Assembly: GCA_051008935.1 (NCBI GenBank)
Contig: JBPCXB010000211.1
Span: forward strand, 8,503-72,502
DNA length: 64,000 nucleotides
Direction of reading: 5' to 3'
Origin: Gammaproteobacteria bacterium
GTDB taxonomy: Bacteria; Pseudomonadota; Gammaproteobacteria; JBPCXB01
Both the position numbers and the translations under genes were made by a program. Each line of letters begins with the position of its first letter. Position 1 is the stretch's first letter. Below, piece by piece: positions 54,875 through 64,000 of the stretch. Below the pieces are notes generated by a model. That model searched no databases. It had not been told where the DNA came from and saw only the letters and a program-made list of their open reading frames with translations.

Positions 54875-55825
54875 TTGCTGCATCTGCTTGATTTAGACGG
54901 ACTGGACGAGCCAGCCATTACTGATTTTCTGGATCATGCAGAGAGCTTATTGCCCCAAAATGGTTCTTGGCAGACTGCCGGGTTCACCAAAAATAGAAGT
55001 CTTGAAGGGCTGACGGTTGTTAATCTATTTTTTGAAGGCAGCACGCGTACGCGTAGTGCGTTTGAAATTGCTGCGAAACGGATGTCTGCGGATGTCATTA
55101 ACTTTGATGCGATCAGTTCGTCCACATCCAAGGGTGAAACCTTGCGCGATACGTTATTGACGCTGCACGCTTGTGGAGGTGATATTTTTGTGGTGCGTCA
55201 CGGGTTTAGTGGCGCTGTACAGTTTGCCGCAGAACGTGTTTTGCCCTCGACCGGAGTCATCAATGCAGGTGATGGCTCGCATGCCCATCCCACTCAGGCA
55301 CTGTTGGATCTTCTGACCATACGGCAACTGAAAAAGGATTTCGCGCAACTTCGGGTTGTGATCGTTGGAGATATACTGCACAGTCGGGTTGGGCGTTCTT
55401 TGATACACGGTCTGAATATTTTGAATGTGCCTGAAATTTGCGTCTGCGCTCCTTTAACGCTGATGCCCGACGGGTTAGAGGAGCGCGATATTCTGTGCTA
55501 TAACGATTTAGAACAAGCCGTGAAAGGGGCTGACGTAGTGATTGCGCTGCGATTACAGACAGAACGGATGCAGAGCAATCTGTTGCCCAGTGCTCACGAG
55601 TATTTTCGGTACTGGGGGCTGTCTGAAAGCAAGCTCAAAGGTGCAAAGCCGGATGTGATCGTGATGCATCCTGGGCCGATTAATCGGGGGTTGGATATTG
55701 CCTCTGAGCTAGCTGATGGTAGCCGTTCATCTATTCTCAGGCAGGTCGCTAACGGTATGGCGGTACGTATGGCTGTACTCGATCGTATTGGCCAGAGCCT
55801 GAAGAAACTGCGCGCCGAGGCTTAG
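54875..55825 (+). CDS. pyrB: aspartate carbamoyltransferase catalytic subunit
   Basis: FFEGSTRTR, HPTQALLD and HPGP are present. An in-frame TAA immediately precedes the TTG at 54875 and no in-frame ATG occurs until well into the conserved core, so a non-ATG start is required. Confidence 0.9.
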   Translation: MLHLLDLDGLDEPAITDFLDHAESLLPQNGSWQTAGFTKNRSLEGLTVVNLFFEGSTRTRSAFEIAAKRMSADVINFDAISSSTSKGETLRDTLLTLHACGGDIFVVRHGFSGAVQFAAERVLPSTGVINAGDGSHAHPTQALLDLLTIRQLKKDFAQLRVVIVGDILHSRVGRSLIHGLNILNVPEICVCAPLTLMPDGLEERDILCYNDLEQAVKGADVVIALRLQTERMQSNLLPSAHEYFRYWGLSESKLKGAKPDVIVMHPGPINRGLDIASELADGSRSSILRQVANGMAVRMAVLDRIGQSLKKLRAEA

Positions 55826-55826
55826 T

Positions 55827-57113
55827 CTGATAGCCCCTTCGAATGCTCTATCAAACCTGACTGTAGTCAACGGTACGGTTTTTGACCCTAGCTGTGGGCT
55901 GAATACACAGGCTGATTTGTACATAACAGACGGCAAAATAGCGGCTATCGGTAAGTGTCCACCCAACTTTCCAACGCAGTGCCGTACTTTTGATGCGCAA
56001 GGAGCTTATGTGCTACCCGGCTTGATTGATTGCCGGGCACGATTGCTGGGTGGAGAAGCAGAAGCCGGGAATTTGATGCGTTCCGAGACCTTGGCATCTG
56101 CACGAGGGGGCGTCACTACTGCGTTGATTCCACCGACGACTGATTTCATGCTGGATAAGCCTTCTGCAGTTGCCGCCTTGCGTCGTGCAGGAGACAGTAT
56201 TTCGGAAATGCGTATTATGCCGATTTGCAATCTGTTGACGGCAGATGGTGACTCGCTTTCGGAGATGGGGTCGTTGGCGGATTATGGCAGTATTGGGGCG
56301 GGAAACAGTCACTATATCGGCAACAGCCAGCTGTTGCTGAATGCCATGAAGTACGCCCGTAACTTTGATTTGACTTTATGTGCAACGGCACGAGACAGTT
56401 CATTGGGTAGGGGTTACGTACATTTGAGCCCTTTGAGTGCCAGACTGGGCTTGCCGGTAGTCTCTGAAACGGCAGAAACCATTGAGGTAGCGCGTTGGTT
56501 GTTGCTTGCAGAGCAAGCAGAATGCAGACTGCATTTTGCTACTATTTCTACTGCAAGAGCCGTTGAAATGATTGCATTGGCTAGAGACAGAGGCCAGCCT
56601 GTGACTGCCGATGTGCCGATTCACAATCTGATCATGACGGATGAAAGGATTGCGGGATACGATGGAGCCTATCATCTGATGCCGCCTTTGCGTTCTGAAT
56701 CAGACAGACAAGCTTTGCTGGAGGCTGTTCGCTCTAATATGTTTTGTATCTCATCCAACCACCGGCCGCTGGTCAGTACGGCAAAATATGAAGTTTTTGG
56801 AGCCGGTGAGCCAGGTGCTGCTTCTATTGAGACCTTGTTACCCTTGGGATTGAAGTTGGTAGAGCATCGGGATCTGACGCTAGAACAATTGGTAAACGCC
56901 CTGACGGCTTTGCCTGCACAGGCTTTTGATTTGCAGGTTGGTAGCCTGCGCGTGGGTGCTGCGGCCGACCTCTGCATTGTTGATGTATCGGCGCAATGGA
57001 CCGTTGCTTCGGATCAGTTGCGCACTTCAGGAGAAAATTGCATCGAGCTGGGTTCAGAGGTCTGTGGAAAAGTGCTGGCCACCTGTTGCAATGGGGCTTT
57101 GCATGACGGCTAA
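55827..57113 (+). CDS. pyrC: dihydroorotase-like protein with degenerate metal ligands (PyrC'-type)
   Basis: This amidohydrolase-fold homologue follows pyrB. The conserved N-terminal strand LTVVNGTVFDP lies upstream of the tracked TTG (55917). The frame is open from 55803 and contains only CTG candidate starts (55827, 55857). The HxH motif is replaced (GLIDCRARL), and LHFATIST and SSNHRP replace the other ligand motifs. Confidence 0.75.
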   Translation: MIAPSNALSNLTVVNGTVFDPSCGLNTQADLYITDGKIAAIGKCPPNFPTQCRTFDAQGAYVLPGLIDCRARLLGGEAEAGNLMRSETLASARGGVTTALIPPTTDFMLDKPSAVAALRRAGDSISEMRIMPICNLLTADGDSLSEMGSLADYGSIGAGNSHYIGNSQLLLNAMKYARNFDLTLCATARDSSLGRGYVHLSPLSARLGLPVVSETAETIEVARWLLLAEQAECRLHFATISTARAVEMIALARDRGQPVTADVPIHNLIMTDERIAGYDGAYHLMPPLRSESDRQALLEAVRSNMFCISSNHRPLVSTAKYEVFGAGEPGAASIETLLPLGLKLVEHRDLTLEQLVNALTALPAQAFDLQVGSLRVGAAADLCIVDVSAQWTVASDQLRTSGENCIELGSEVCGKVLATCCNGALHDG

Positions 57114-57165
57114 GGCCTGCTAGCTATTGTTAGCAACAGCCTATATTTGTTCCCTGTAGGGCTCT

Positions 57166-58161
57166 TCAGAGCAGTTGTGGGGGTAAGGAGCGGCCTTTAG
57201 TTTGCAGGTACTTGAGTCTCTGGTATTCCAAAATCGAGTCAGGTGCTTTGCGCATGAATTGATTGAATGGGCTTTTGTAGACCGGGTCCTTAGGCGGAGA
57301 AGACAGGATCCGGTACCATGTTTGGTACAGGCTCTCTAGGTTTGCATGGGGATGTATGCCTGTCGAGGGGAAAACGGGCGCTTCAAGATATGAGCGATAG
57401 AGTTCGTCGTTGTTGTCGACTTCGATGATGTGCTCGATGACGTCTTTCCAGCTTGTAAATGCGTGGCAGTTTATAAAAGCTTTGGGGTTGAAGTGCAGAT
57501 GTACATGTGGGTCCCCGTAGTAGATAGGTACAGTGTTGGCTCTTAGCGCATCAGGCAGTTTTTCGGTGGTATAGCCGTACCAACTGGAATTTTCAAAAGC
57601 GATGGTAAATTTATAGCGCTTCATAAAGCCTATTTTGTCTTTGATACGTCCGTAGTCCGACTGCAGATTGATCGGTGGGATATTGTAGAGATGGCTACTA
57701 GTACTCTGGATAGGGCGGTATCGGGATAGCAGGTCAAAGAATGTATTCCGCTCTGGTGCGTCGGAGTTGGTGTACATAAAGTTACAGAAATCTGTTTTCA
57801 TATTCAGCAGTTGCTGGCTGTCTACTTGCCGATCGGCCAGTTGGTGTATAGAGTGTTTGCTAGGGTAGGCGTAGACAGGGAATTGGTAGTGATTGGCCGC
57901 ATCAGAGTCTAGTGGGCTGAAAATAAAATCAAACAGCCTCGGGTCTCGGATCATGTTTTCTAGAGAGAAACAAATTCTGGGGCAGTTAAATTTGTGGAAG
58001 GCGATGCCGAAGTTTGAGGCGACTAAAAAATCGGGGTTGTGAGGATCGATCTTCAGATTGAATTCGTTGCGAAACCGATGTTGGACGAGCTTTAAGACGT
58101 AAGGAGTGTCTTCAGATGTGTACCAAAAATCTGAGTACCATATTGTGATGTCTTTAGTCAC
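57166..58161 (-). CDS. glycosyltransferase family 10 (alpha-1,3-fucosyltransferase-like)
   Basis: The GT10 C-terminal signature reads YKFTIAFENSSWYGYTTEKLPDALRANTVPIYYG. The N-terminal domain starts ITIWYSDFW. Confidence 0.75.
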   Translation of the reverse strand: MTKDITIWYSDFWYTSEDTPYVLKLVQHRFRNEFNLKIDPHNPDFLVASNFGIAFHKFNCPRICFSLENMIRDPRLFDFIFSPLDSDAANHYQFPVYAYPSKHSIHQLADRQVDSQQLLNMKTDFCNFMYTNSDAPERNTFFDLLSRYRPIQSTSSHLYNIPPINLQSDYGRIKDKIGFMKRYKFTIAFENSSWYGYTTEKLPDALRANTVPIYYGDPHVHLHFNPKAFINCHAFTSWKDVIEHIIEVDNNDELYRSYLEAPVFPSTGIHPHANLESLYQTWYRILSSPPKDPVYKSPFNQFMRKAPDSILEYQRLKYLQTKGRSLPPQLL

Positions 58162-58925
58162 GATTCGGCTGTATGACTAGTACGATTACGCGGATAGCTT
58201 CGAATGAAGGCTTTTGATCCGTAATAGAGGTGCTTGAGAAATGGCTTAGGAGCGGCAAGAGGCAGGCGTCTTAGATACAGAGGTTCGGCTAGTACGGCCA
58301 TAACGGTACCTTGTTGTCTGAGTCTGAAAGCCAGATCGTATTCAGGGCACGGGCCAAAAGCGGCGCGCCAGCCGCCTATTTGTTTGAGTTGTTCGGTTCG
58401 ATGCATGGCAGTTGTTAAATCGAAAACGAGCCAGTGCCAAGGTTTGATGCGGCTATTTTTTGTGTATTTGCTCAGTTTTTTGCACAGGCGGTAAACAGTA
58501 CGATGCGGGTATTCGCCCTGATAGTCAAAGCTAGATCTGTGTGTGGCTACCGTGTGGACTTCTGCAAATCGCTCTAGCATATTGGTTTGAGTTTCAATAC
58601 GTTCTGGGTGGGATAGATCCTGACCGTTCATCCGTCCCATGTAGCGCCCTGATGCCGATTCCAGAGCTAGGTTCAGGCAGTCTGCGAGTTGGCGGTTGCC
58701 GCTATCTATCAATTGGACGCGGTCATCTTGTAGAGCTTCGGCCTCAAGGATCGAGCGGCACTGCTCTAGATGCTCGGGATCCTGTTTCGAGAGCCATGTA
58801 CCGTATAGTGCCAATATCTCAATATGCGGTAAGGTTTGCATCAGGGTCAAGCTATGAACAGCCATTTGCAGATGTTCGGGCGCGCCATTTGCAAGCAGAA
58901 CTATCGTGGCATAAGGCTGGTACAT
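58158..58925 (-). CDS. glycosyltransferase family 2-like protein (degenerate DxD)
   Basis: The N-terminus is GT2-like: ATIVLLANGAPEHLQMAVHSLTLMQTLPHIEILAL ... SGRYMGRMNGQDLSHPERI. The gene overlaps the GT10 gene start by 4 nt. The assignment is weak. Confidence 0.45.
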   Translation of the reverse strand: MYQPYATIVLLANGAPEHLQMAVHSLTLMQTLPHIEILALYGTWLSKQDPEHLEQCRSILEAEALQDDRVQLIDSGNRQLADCLNLALESASGRYMGRMNGQDLSHPERIETQTNMLERFAEVHTVATHRSSFDYQGEYPHRTVYRLCKKLSKYTKNSRIKPWHWLVFDLTTAMHRTEQLKQIGGWRAAFGPCPEYDLAFRLRQQGTVMAVLAEPLYLRRLPLAAPKPFLKHLYYGSKAFIRSYPRNRTSHTAES

Positions 58926-58978
58926 AGATAGCTGTGCGGCTCAGTCAGCCCATAAGGAGCCGATGAGCGACGGGTAGG

Positions 58979-59926
58979 TCATACCAGTTTTTCAAATTCA
59001 GGTATGGCTGTAAACAGATCGGCTACTAGGCCATAGTCCGCAACTTGGAAAATGGGGGCTTCTGCATCTTTATTGATAGCAACAATGACTTTGCTGTCTT
59101 TCATGCCGGCTAAGTGCTGTATGGCTCCAGATATGCCGACGGCAATATAGAGGTTAGGTGCTACCACCTTGCCAGTCTGGCCGACTTGCATGTCGTTAGG
59201 CACAAAGCCGGAATCTACGGCAGCCCGGGAGGCGCCTATTGCAGCACCTAGTTTGTCTGCTACAGCTTCGAGCATTTTGAAGTTCTTGCCGTCTTGCATG
59301 CCTCGGCCGCCGGAGATGATAATATCAGCTGCCGTAAGTTCGGGGCGCTCAGATTCCGTTACTTGCTCAGACAGGTAGCGGCTTTTTGGGGGTGTGGTGC
59401 TATCTGCGGGGGGCAACGTTACTATCTCTGCTTGGCCGCCGCTGCTTGGAGAGGCATCAAACGCAGTTGTGCGCACCGTGGCTAGTTTGATAGCATCCAG
59501 CATTTCGACAGTAGCGATGCAATTTCCTGCATAGAAAGGGCGTTCGAAGGTATTCTCGCTCTTGACAGCACTGATGTCGGATAGAGGTTGTACGTCTAGC
59601 AGAGCAGCAATGCGGGGCAGGCAGTTTTTGCCGAACGTAGTTGCAGAAACCAGTGCATGGGTGTATTTGCGTTCTTTAATGACCGCCGCTACCAAGTCTG
59701 CAATTGGTTCGGCTAGACCATGCTGATACTGCTCGGCTTCAGCTAGCAGTACCGTGCGTACTCCGGGAAACTGTGCCGCTTCTTCGGCGATTTTCTTGCA
59801 GCCTGCACCTGTAACTAATATGTCGATGCTTTGGTCGTCGATCTGCTGACAGCAGTTCAGAACGTTGGCGGTGCTTTTAGCCAGTTGGTTTTGGTCATGT
59901 TCCGCAAGGAGAAGAATGGAGGCCAT
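58979..59926 (-). CDS. etfA: electron transfer flavoprotein subunit alpha
   Basis: The FAD-binding region reads IIISGGRGM and [37 protein letters not shown]. Confidence 0.92.
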   Translation of the reverse strand: MASILLLAEHDQNQLAKSTANVLNCCQQIDDQSIDILVTGAGCKKIAEEAAQFPGVRTVLLAEAEQYQHGLAEPIADLVAAVIKERKYTHALVSATTFGKNCLPRIAALLDVQPLSDISAVKSENTFERPFYAGNCIATVEMLDAIKLATVRTTAFDASPSSGGQAEIVTLPPADSTTPPKSRYLSEQVTESERPELTAADIIISGGRGMQDGKNFKMLEAVADKLGAAIGASRAAVDSGFVPNDMQVGQTGKVVAPNLYIAVGISGAIQHLAGMKDSKVIVAINKDAEAPIFQVADYGLVADLFTAIPEFEKLV

Positions 59927-59964
59927 ATGAATAATTGATCTGGATATCCGGATGCCAAGCTCTC

Positions 59965-59973
59965 ATTATATCA
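59965..59973 (-). promoter_or_regulatory. candidate extended -10 promoter element for etfA
   Basis: The minus strand reads TGATATAAT (TGnTATAAT), about 40 nt upstream of the etfA ATG. No good -35 is present. Confidence 0.35.
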
Positions 59974-60293
59974 TCCTGCCCCATCATGCTTCAGCAAGCT
60001 GAAGTTGGGACTTGCCGCTAAGTACTATGAAGTGCATCGAAAAAGCGCTATCGTGTAGTTTCGTATATAAGCGCTTGTTTTGTATCTTGGCTTCCAATTC
60101 ACAGCATTATCAACGATAATAGCAACAAAATTGATTCGTTTAGGCCTTGTCTCCTCTTGTACGAAGTGTCGGTGCTTTATGAGAGATATACAGAGCATTC
60201 AAGATCCAAGCGATCATCTTGCCTATTGGGCGTGCAAAGCGTCAGCCCGTGCTCTGTTTCAGGGTTGATGACGTTAGACGAGGATAACTAAAT

Positions 60294-60776
60294 ATGGACC
60301 TGAGAAAAATCAAAAAATTGATTGAATTGCTGGAAAATTCGCAGTTGTCGGAAATGGAAATTACCATGGGAGATGAAGAAATCTGCCTGAGGCGTCACGC
60401 CAGCGTATCTGCGGCCATGGCTCCTGCAGCTTTACCTATGACAGCTACCGACATGGTTGCCAGTATGCATGCGAACCGAGAGGTTCAGCCGGTTCAGACG
60501 CAGGGCGGCGACATAGAAATTTCAGAGCCTGAACCAGACGGAGAACCTGTGACCTCTCCAATTGTTGGTACCTATTATTCGGCTCCAGCCCCAGATGCAA
60601 AGCTTTTTATCCGGGTTGGACAGCGGGTCGCAAAAGATGATGTGCTCTGTATCGTGGAAGCGATGAAGATGATGAATGAAATCAAGGCGCCTCATGCAGG
60701 TACTGTGGTATCCATAGAAGTACAGAATGCCCAGCCAGTAGAGTATGGACAGGTGCTGTTGTATCTGGAGCCTTAG
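60294..60776 (+). CDS. accB: acetyl-CoA carboxylase biotin carboxyl carrier protein
   Basis: The biotinylation motif is CIVEAMKMMNEI. A Pro/Ala-rich linker is present. Confidence 0.95.
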   Translation: MDLRKIKKLIELLENSQLSEMEITMGDEEICLRRHASVSAAMAPAALPMTATDMVASMHANREVQPVQTQGGDIEISEPEPDGEPVTSPIVGTYYSAPAPDAKLFIRVGQRVAKDDVLCIVEAMKMMNEIKAPHAGTVVSIEVQNAQPVEYGQVLLYLEP

Positions 60777-60830
60777 CTTCTGAGCTTAGACACATCAATA
60801 GACTTCAGCATAAAAAAAGGGAGAGCAGAA

Positions 60831-62228
60831 GTGCTTTTTAGTAATAAATCCACGGATTCGGATCGGCCGACCCGTATTTTGATTGCCAACAGAGGAGAAA
60901 TTGCTTTAAGGATTGCGCGTACCTGTAAGAGCATGGGTATTGAAACGGTTGGTATTCACTCAGATGTTGATAGCGATCTTATCCACCTGAAAATGATGGA
61001 TGCCACGGTCTGTGTTGGGCCAGCAGAACCTGCCAAGAGCTATCTCAATATTCCGGCGATTATCAGCGCCATGGAAGTGACTGGGGCAGAGGCTGTGCAT
61101 CCAGGGTACGGCTTTTTATCGGAAAATGCCGAATTTGCTGATAAGGTGGTTTCCAGCGGCTATCAGTTTATTGGTCCTAAGGGCGATATCATCCGCAAAA
61201 TCGGCGATAAAGCTACAGCACGGCGCATTATGATTGATCTGGGGCTACCAGTTCTGCCCGGTTCAGATGGACTGGTTGCCGATGCAGCTGAGGCGGCGAT
61301 TGTAGCGCGTGAAATTGAGTATCCGGTTATCTTGAAGGCAACGGCTGGAGGCGGAGGCCGAGGAACGCGCGTGGTATTCAATGAAAAAGAATTGCGCGAA
61401 GCTTTTGCTATGGCATCTGAAGAGGCCAGGCAGGCATTTGGTGATGGCGCCATCTATCTAGAGAAATTTCTACAGCGGCCTCAGCATATTGAAGTCCAGA
61501 TCGCCTGTGACGGGACTCGAGGCATTCATCTTTATGAGAGAAATTGCTCGCTTCAGCGCAGGCGGCAGAAGATTTTTGAAGAAGGCCCTGTTAACTTTGT
61601 TAATGAGCGCGCCCTCACTGAATTGCGCAAAAAATGCGTCCGAGCTTGTGAAAAGCTAGGGTATGAGGGTGTAGGTACCATAGAGACCCTCTATGAAGAT
61701 GGTAAATTCTATTTTCTGGAGATGAATACGCGTATTCAAGTGGAGCATCCGGTCACTGAGATGATCACAGGGATCGATTTGGTGGAGTTGCAGATGCGTA
61801 TTGCTTTTGGCGAAAAAATGCCCTACCAGCAGTCAGAGGTTGAATGCAGGGGGCACGCAGTTGAATGCCGCATCAACGCTGAAGATCCTGAAAATTTCAC
61901 ACCCAGCCCAGGCGTAGTGACAGAACTCCATGCTCCAGCAGGCCCATGGGTCCGATTTGATTCGCATCTGTACAGCGGTTATCGGGTTCCGCCAAACTAC
62001 GATTCACTCGTTGCCAAGCTTGTGTGCTGGGGAGATACTCGGCAGATTGCATTTGCGCGCATGGACAATGCCTTGCAGGAACTGCATATGGAGGGTATTA
62101 AAACCCTTCAGCCTTTGCACCTGCAATTGCTGAAAGACCCTACTCTGCTCAGCGAAGATGTACATGTTAATTATTTGGAAAATGAATACCTCAAACGGCG
62201 TACTGCGCCCTCAGACAGAGAGGCTTGA
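60831..62228 (+). CDS. accC: acetyl-CoA carboxylase biotin carboxylase subunit
   Basis: ILIANRGEIALRI, the ATP-grasp motif GGGGRG, and EMNTRIQVEHPVTE are present. The GTG start follows GGGAGAG. Confidence 0.95.
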   Translation: MLFSNKSTDSDRPTRILIANRGEIALRIARTCKSMGIETVGIHSDVDSDLIHLKMMDATVCVGPAEPAKSYLNIPAIISAMEVTGAEAVHPGYGFLSENAEFADKVVSSGYQFIGPKGDIIRKIGDKATARRIMIDLGLPVLPGSDGLVADAAEAAIVAREIEYPVILKATAGGGGRGTRVVFNEKELREAFAMASEEARQAFGDGAIYLEKFLQRPQHIEVQIACDGTRGIHLYERNCSLQRRRQKIFEEGPVNFVNERALTELRKKCVRACEKLGYEGVGTIETLYEDGKFYFLEMNTRIQVEHPVTEMITGIDLVELQMRIAFGEKMPYQQSEVECRGHAVECRINAEDPENFTPSPGVVTELHAPAGPWVRFDSHLYSGYRVPPNYDSLVAKLVCWGDTRQIAFARMDNALQELHMEGIKTLQPLHLQLLKDPTLLSEDVHVNYLENEYLKRRTAPSDREA

Positions 62229-62240
62229 CCTTAATTTAGG

Positions 62241-64000
62241 ATGACTCGCCCTCGTTCGTCTGATTCCGCTCAGCAATACGCCCCGAGTATTCTGGAACCC
62301 GCTGCGCAGGATTGGTGGCAACAGAATAATCTGCATCGGGTGCCGCAGGCTTCGGATGCCCCCAAGTTTTATTGCCTGGGTATGTTCCCGTACCCGAGCG
62401 GTGAATTGCACATGGGGCATGTGCGCAACTATGCTATCACCGATGCCATTGCGCGTTTTCGCCGTATGCAGGGATATAGAGTTTTGCATCCTATGGGCTG
62501 GGATGCCTTTGGGCTTCCAGCTGAAAATGCTGCTATCCAGAAAGCGGTTCACCCGGCATCCTGGACCGAGGCAAACATTGACTTTATGCGCACCCAACTC
62601 AAGCGTCTGGGCTTTTGTTACGACTGGGACCGCGAGTTTAAAACCTGTGATCCAGACTATTACCGGTGGGAGCAATGGCTATTCACGAAGCTACTCGCTG
62701 CTGGTTTAGCGTATCAAAAGACAGCGGCAGTCAATTGGGATCCTGTCGATCAGACGGTGTTGGCTAATGAGCAGGTGCAGGACGGTCGGGGCTGGCGCTC
62801 TGGTGCTCTGGTGGAGCGCCGAGAAATATCCCAGTGGTTTTTGCGTATTTCGGATTATGCCGAAGAACTGCTGACGGAATTGGACCAGCTGGAGCCGCAT
62901 TGGCCGCGCGCTGTTTTGGCTGCACAACGCAACTGGATCGGTCGTTCTACAGGCACCCGTATTGCATTCAAGTTGGTTTGGCCTGAACAGCAACAATCAG
63001 AGAGCCAACTGCAGACTTTAGAAGTGTACACAACCCGAGCAGATACGCTCATGGGTTGTACCGCTGTTGCAATTTCACCGGAACATCCGCTGGCTATATC
63101 CTGCCCTAACGCTCAGGATATGAGAGCCCTTCAGGAGGAACTCAGGCATCTCAAGGTAAGCCAGCAGGAACTCGCACAACTCGATAAAAAAGGCGTTCCT
63201 ACCGGCTTGTTTGTGCAACATCCTTTGACCCATGAGCAGCTGCCGGTTTGGGCTGCCAATTTCGTGCTGATGGATTATGGCTCTGGAGCAGTGATGATGG
63301 TTCCGGCTCATGACCAAAGAGATTGGGAATTTGCGAACAGTGCAGGCATCGACATACGCCAAGTGGTCGAAGTCGATGAGCAGACTGATTTGGATGCTGG
63401 CGCTGAAGAAAGGAGGGGCACACTGATCCATTCCGGCGTCTTCAACGGCCTGTCTTCACAGCAAGCGATTGATAAGATTGGTGAACAGTTACAACAGCAA
63501 AGCTTAGGGGCGCCTACTGTCAACTACCGTTTGCGTGATTGGGGCGTTTCAAGACAGCGGTATTGGGGTACTCCTATTCCTGTGATTCATTGTCCGTCTT
63601 GTGGTGCTGTTCCGGTTCCAGAGAGTGACTTACCTGTGGTCTTACCGCTGGACATCACTTATCAAGGGCCGGCTTCTCCCTTGAAAAATTTGGATAGCTG
63701 GCGGCAAGTTGCCTGCCCTGAATGCGCACAACCCGCTTTGCGTGAGACAGATACTTTTGACACTTTTGTAGATTCGTCTTGGTACTACGCCCGCTTTGCT
63801 TCGGCGCCTGCCGATGCCATGGCTGATGCCGCTACAGAGAGTTGGTTGCCGGTTGATCAGTATGTGGGTGGCATTGAGCATGCTGTGTTGCATCTTTTGT
63901 ATGCTCGGTTTTTCTGCAAGCTGATGCGTGATATGGGCGTCATCAAGACAGGCGAACCCTTTTTGCGCTTGCTGACACAGGGCATGGTTCTTAAAGATGG
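62241..64000 (+). CDS. leuS: leucine--tRNA ligase, 3'-truncated by window edge
   Basis: The ATG at 62241 opens a frame that runs to the end of the window. It is absent from the ORF track because no stop is reached. MFPYPSGELHMGHVRNY (HIGH motif), WDAFGLPAENAA and the zinc-binding CPSCG...CPEC are present. Confidence 0.93.
   Translation, partial: MTRPRSSDSAQQYAPSILEPAAQDWWQQNNLHRVPQASDAPKFYCLGMFPYPSGELHMGHVRNYAITDAIARFRRMQGYRVLHPMGWDAFGLPAENAAIQKAVHPASWTEANIDFMRTQLKRLGFCYDWDREFKTCDPDYYRWEQWLFTKLLAAGLAYQKTAAVNWDPVDQTVLANEQVQDGRGWRSGALVERREISQWFLRISDYAEELLTELDQLEPHWPRAVLAAQRNWIGRSTGTRIAFKLVWPEQQQSESQLQTLEVYTTRADTLMGCTAVAISPEHPLAISCPNAQDMRALQEELRHLKVSQQELAQLDKKGVPTGLFVQHPLTHEQLPVWAANFVLMDYGSGAVMMVPAHDQRDWEFANSAGIDIRQVVEVDEQTDLDAGAEERRGTLIHSGVFNGLSSQQAIDKIGEQLQQQSLGAPTVNYRLRDWGVSRQRYWGTPIPVIHCPSCGAVPVPESDLPVVLPLDITYQGPASPLKNLDSWRQVACPECAQPALRETDTFDTFVDSSWYYARFASAPADAMADAATESWLPVDQYVGGIEHAVLHLLYARFFCKLMRDMGVIKTGEPFLRLLTQGMVLKD

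Noticed and set aside
59988-60004. Small hairpin CTTCAG-caag-CTGAAG in the etfA-accB spacer
   Set aside because: The stem is only 6 bp with no flanking T-run or conserved context, so it is not distinguishable from chance.
1-64000. tRNA, rRNA, tmRNA, transposase, integrase and phage genes
   Set aside because: I scanned the intergenic regions for GGTTCGAATCC-like T-arms and for IS-type terminal repeats and found none. No ORF shows DDE or tyrosine-recombinase motifs.

Overview
This 64-kb window is a chromosomal segment that looks gammaproteobacterial, with mid-range GC judged by eye. It is dominated by conserved housekeeping blocks whose order matches Pseudomonas-type genomes. These blocks are: yheV-aroE-hemF-tsaC-purE; tatCBA-hisIE-ubiB-ubiJ-ubiE; orn; miaB-ybeZ-ybeY-corC-lnt; rpiA; cca; apaH-rsmA-pdxA-surA-lptD with divergent amgK-murU-rpe; dapB-dnaJ-dnaK-grpE; recN; pyrB plus a degenerate pyrC-like gene; etfA; accB-accC; and the 5' part of leuS. 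I found no tRNA, rRNA, CRISPR array, transposase or integrase. Six regions look non-core. (1) At the left edge sits a translationally coupled pair of coiled-coil vWA proteins; the first is cut by the window edge and the second has an ExbD/TolR-like Asp-containing membrane anchor. (2) A large secreted protein of about 22-23 Sel1 repeats is followed by a triplicated 175-202 bp module. The module spans the convergent 3' ends of the Sel1 gene and a low-GC orphan gene for a small Lys-rich protein, and it leaves in-frame variant C-terminal fragments. An AT-rich, palindrome-rich control region follows. (3) A LolA-like protein, a putative outer-membrane barrel and an RND/MMPL exporter form one module, followed directly by TRAP dctQM with no binding-protein gene. 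(4) A GT10 fucosyltransferase-like gene and a GT2-like gene lie between the pyrC-like gene and etfA. (5) etfA has no adjacent etfB. (6) Smaller points: a near-consensus sigma-32 promoter relocates the grpE start; a Cys-rich 19-codon leader ORF abuts the TTG start of pyrB; YbeY and CorC carry C-terminal extensions; and the CCA-adding enzyme is short and lacks the HD motif. All calls come from reading the translated ORFs and the DNA directly, with no database search.
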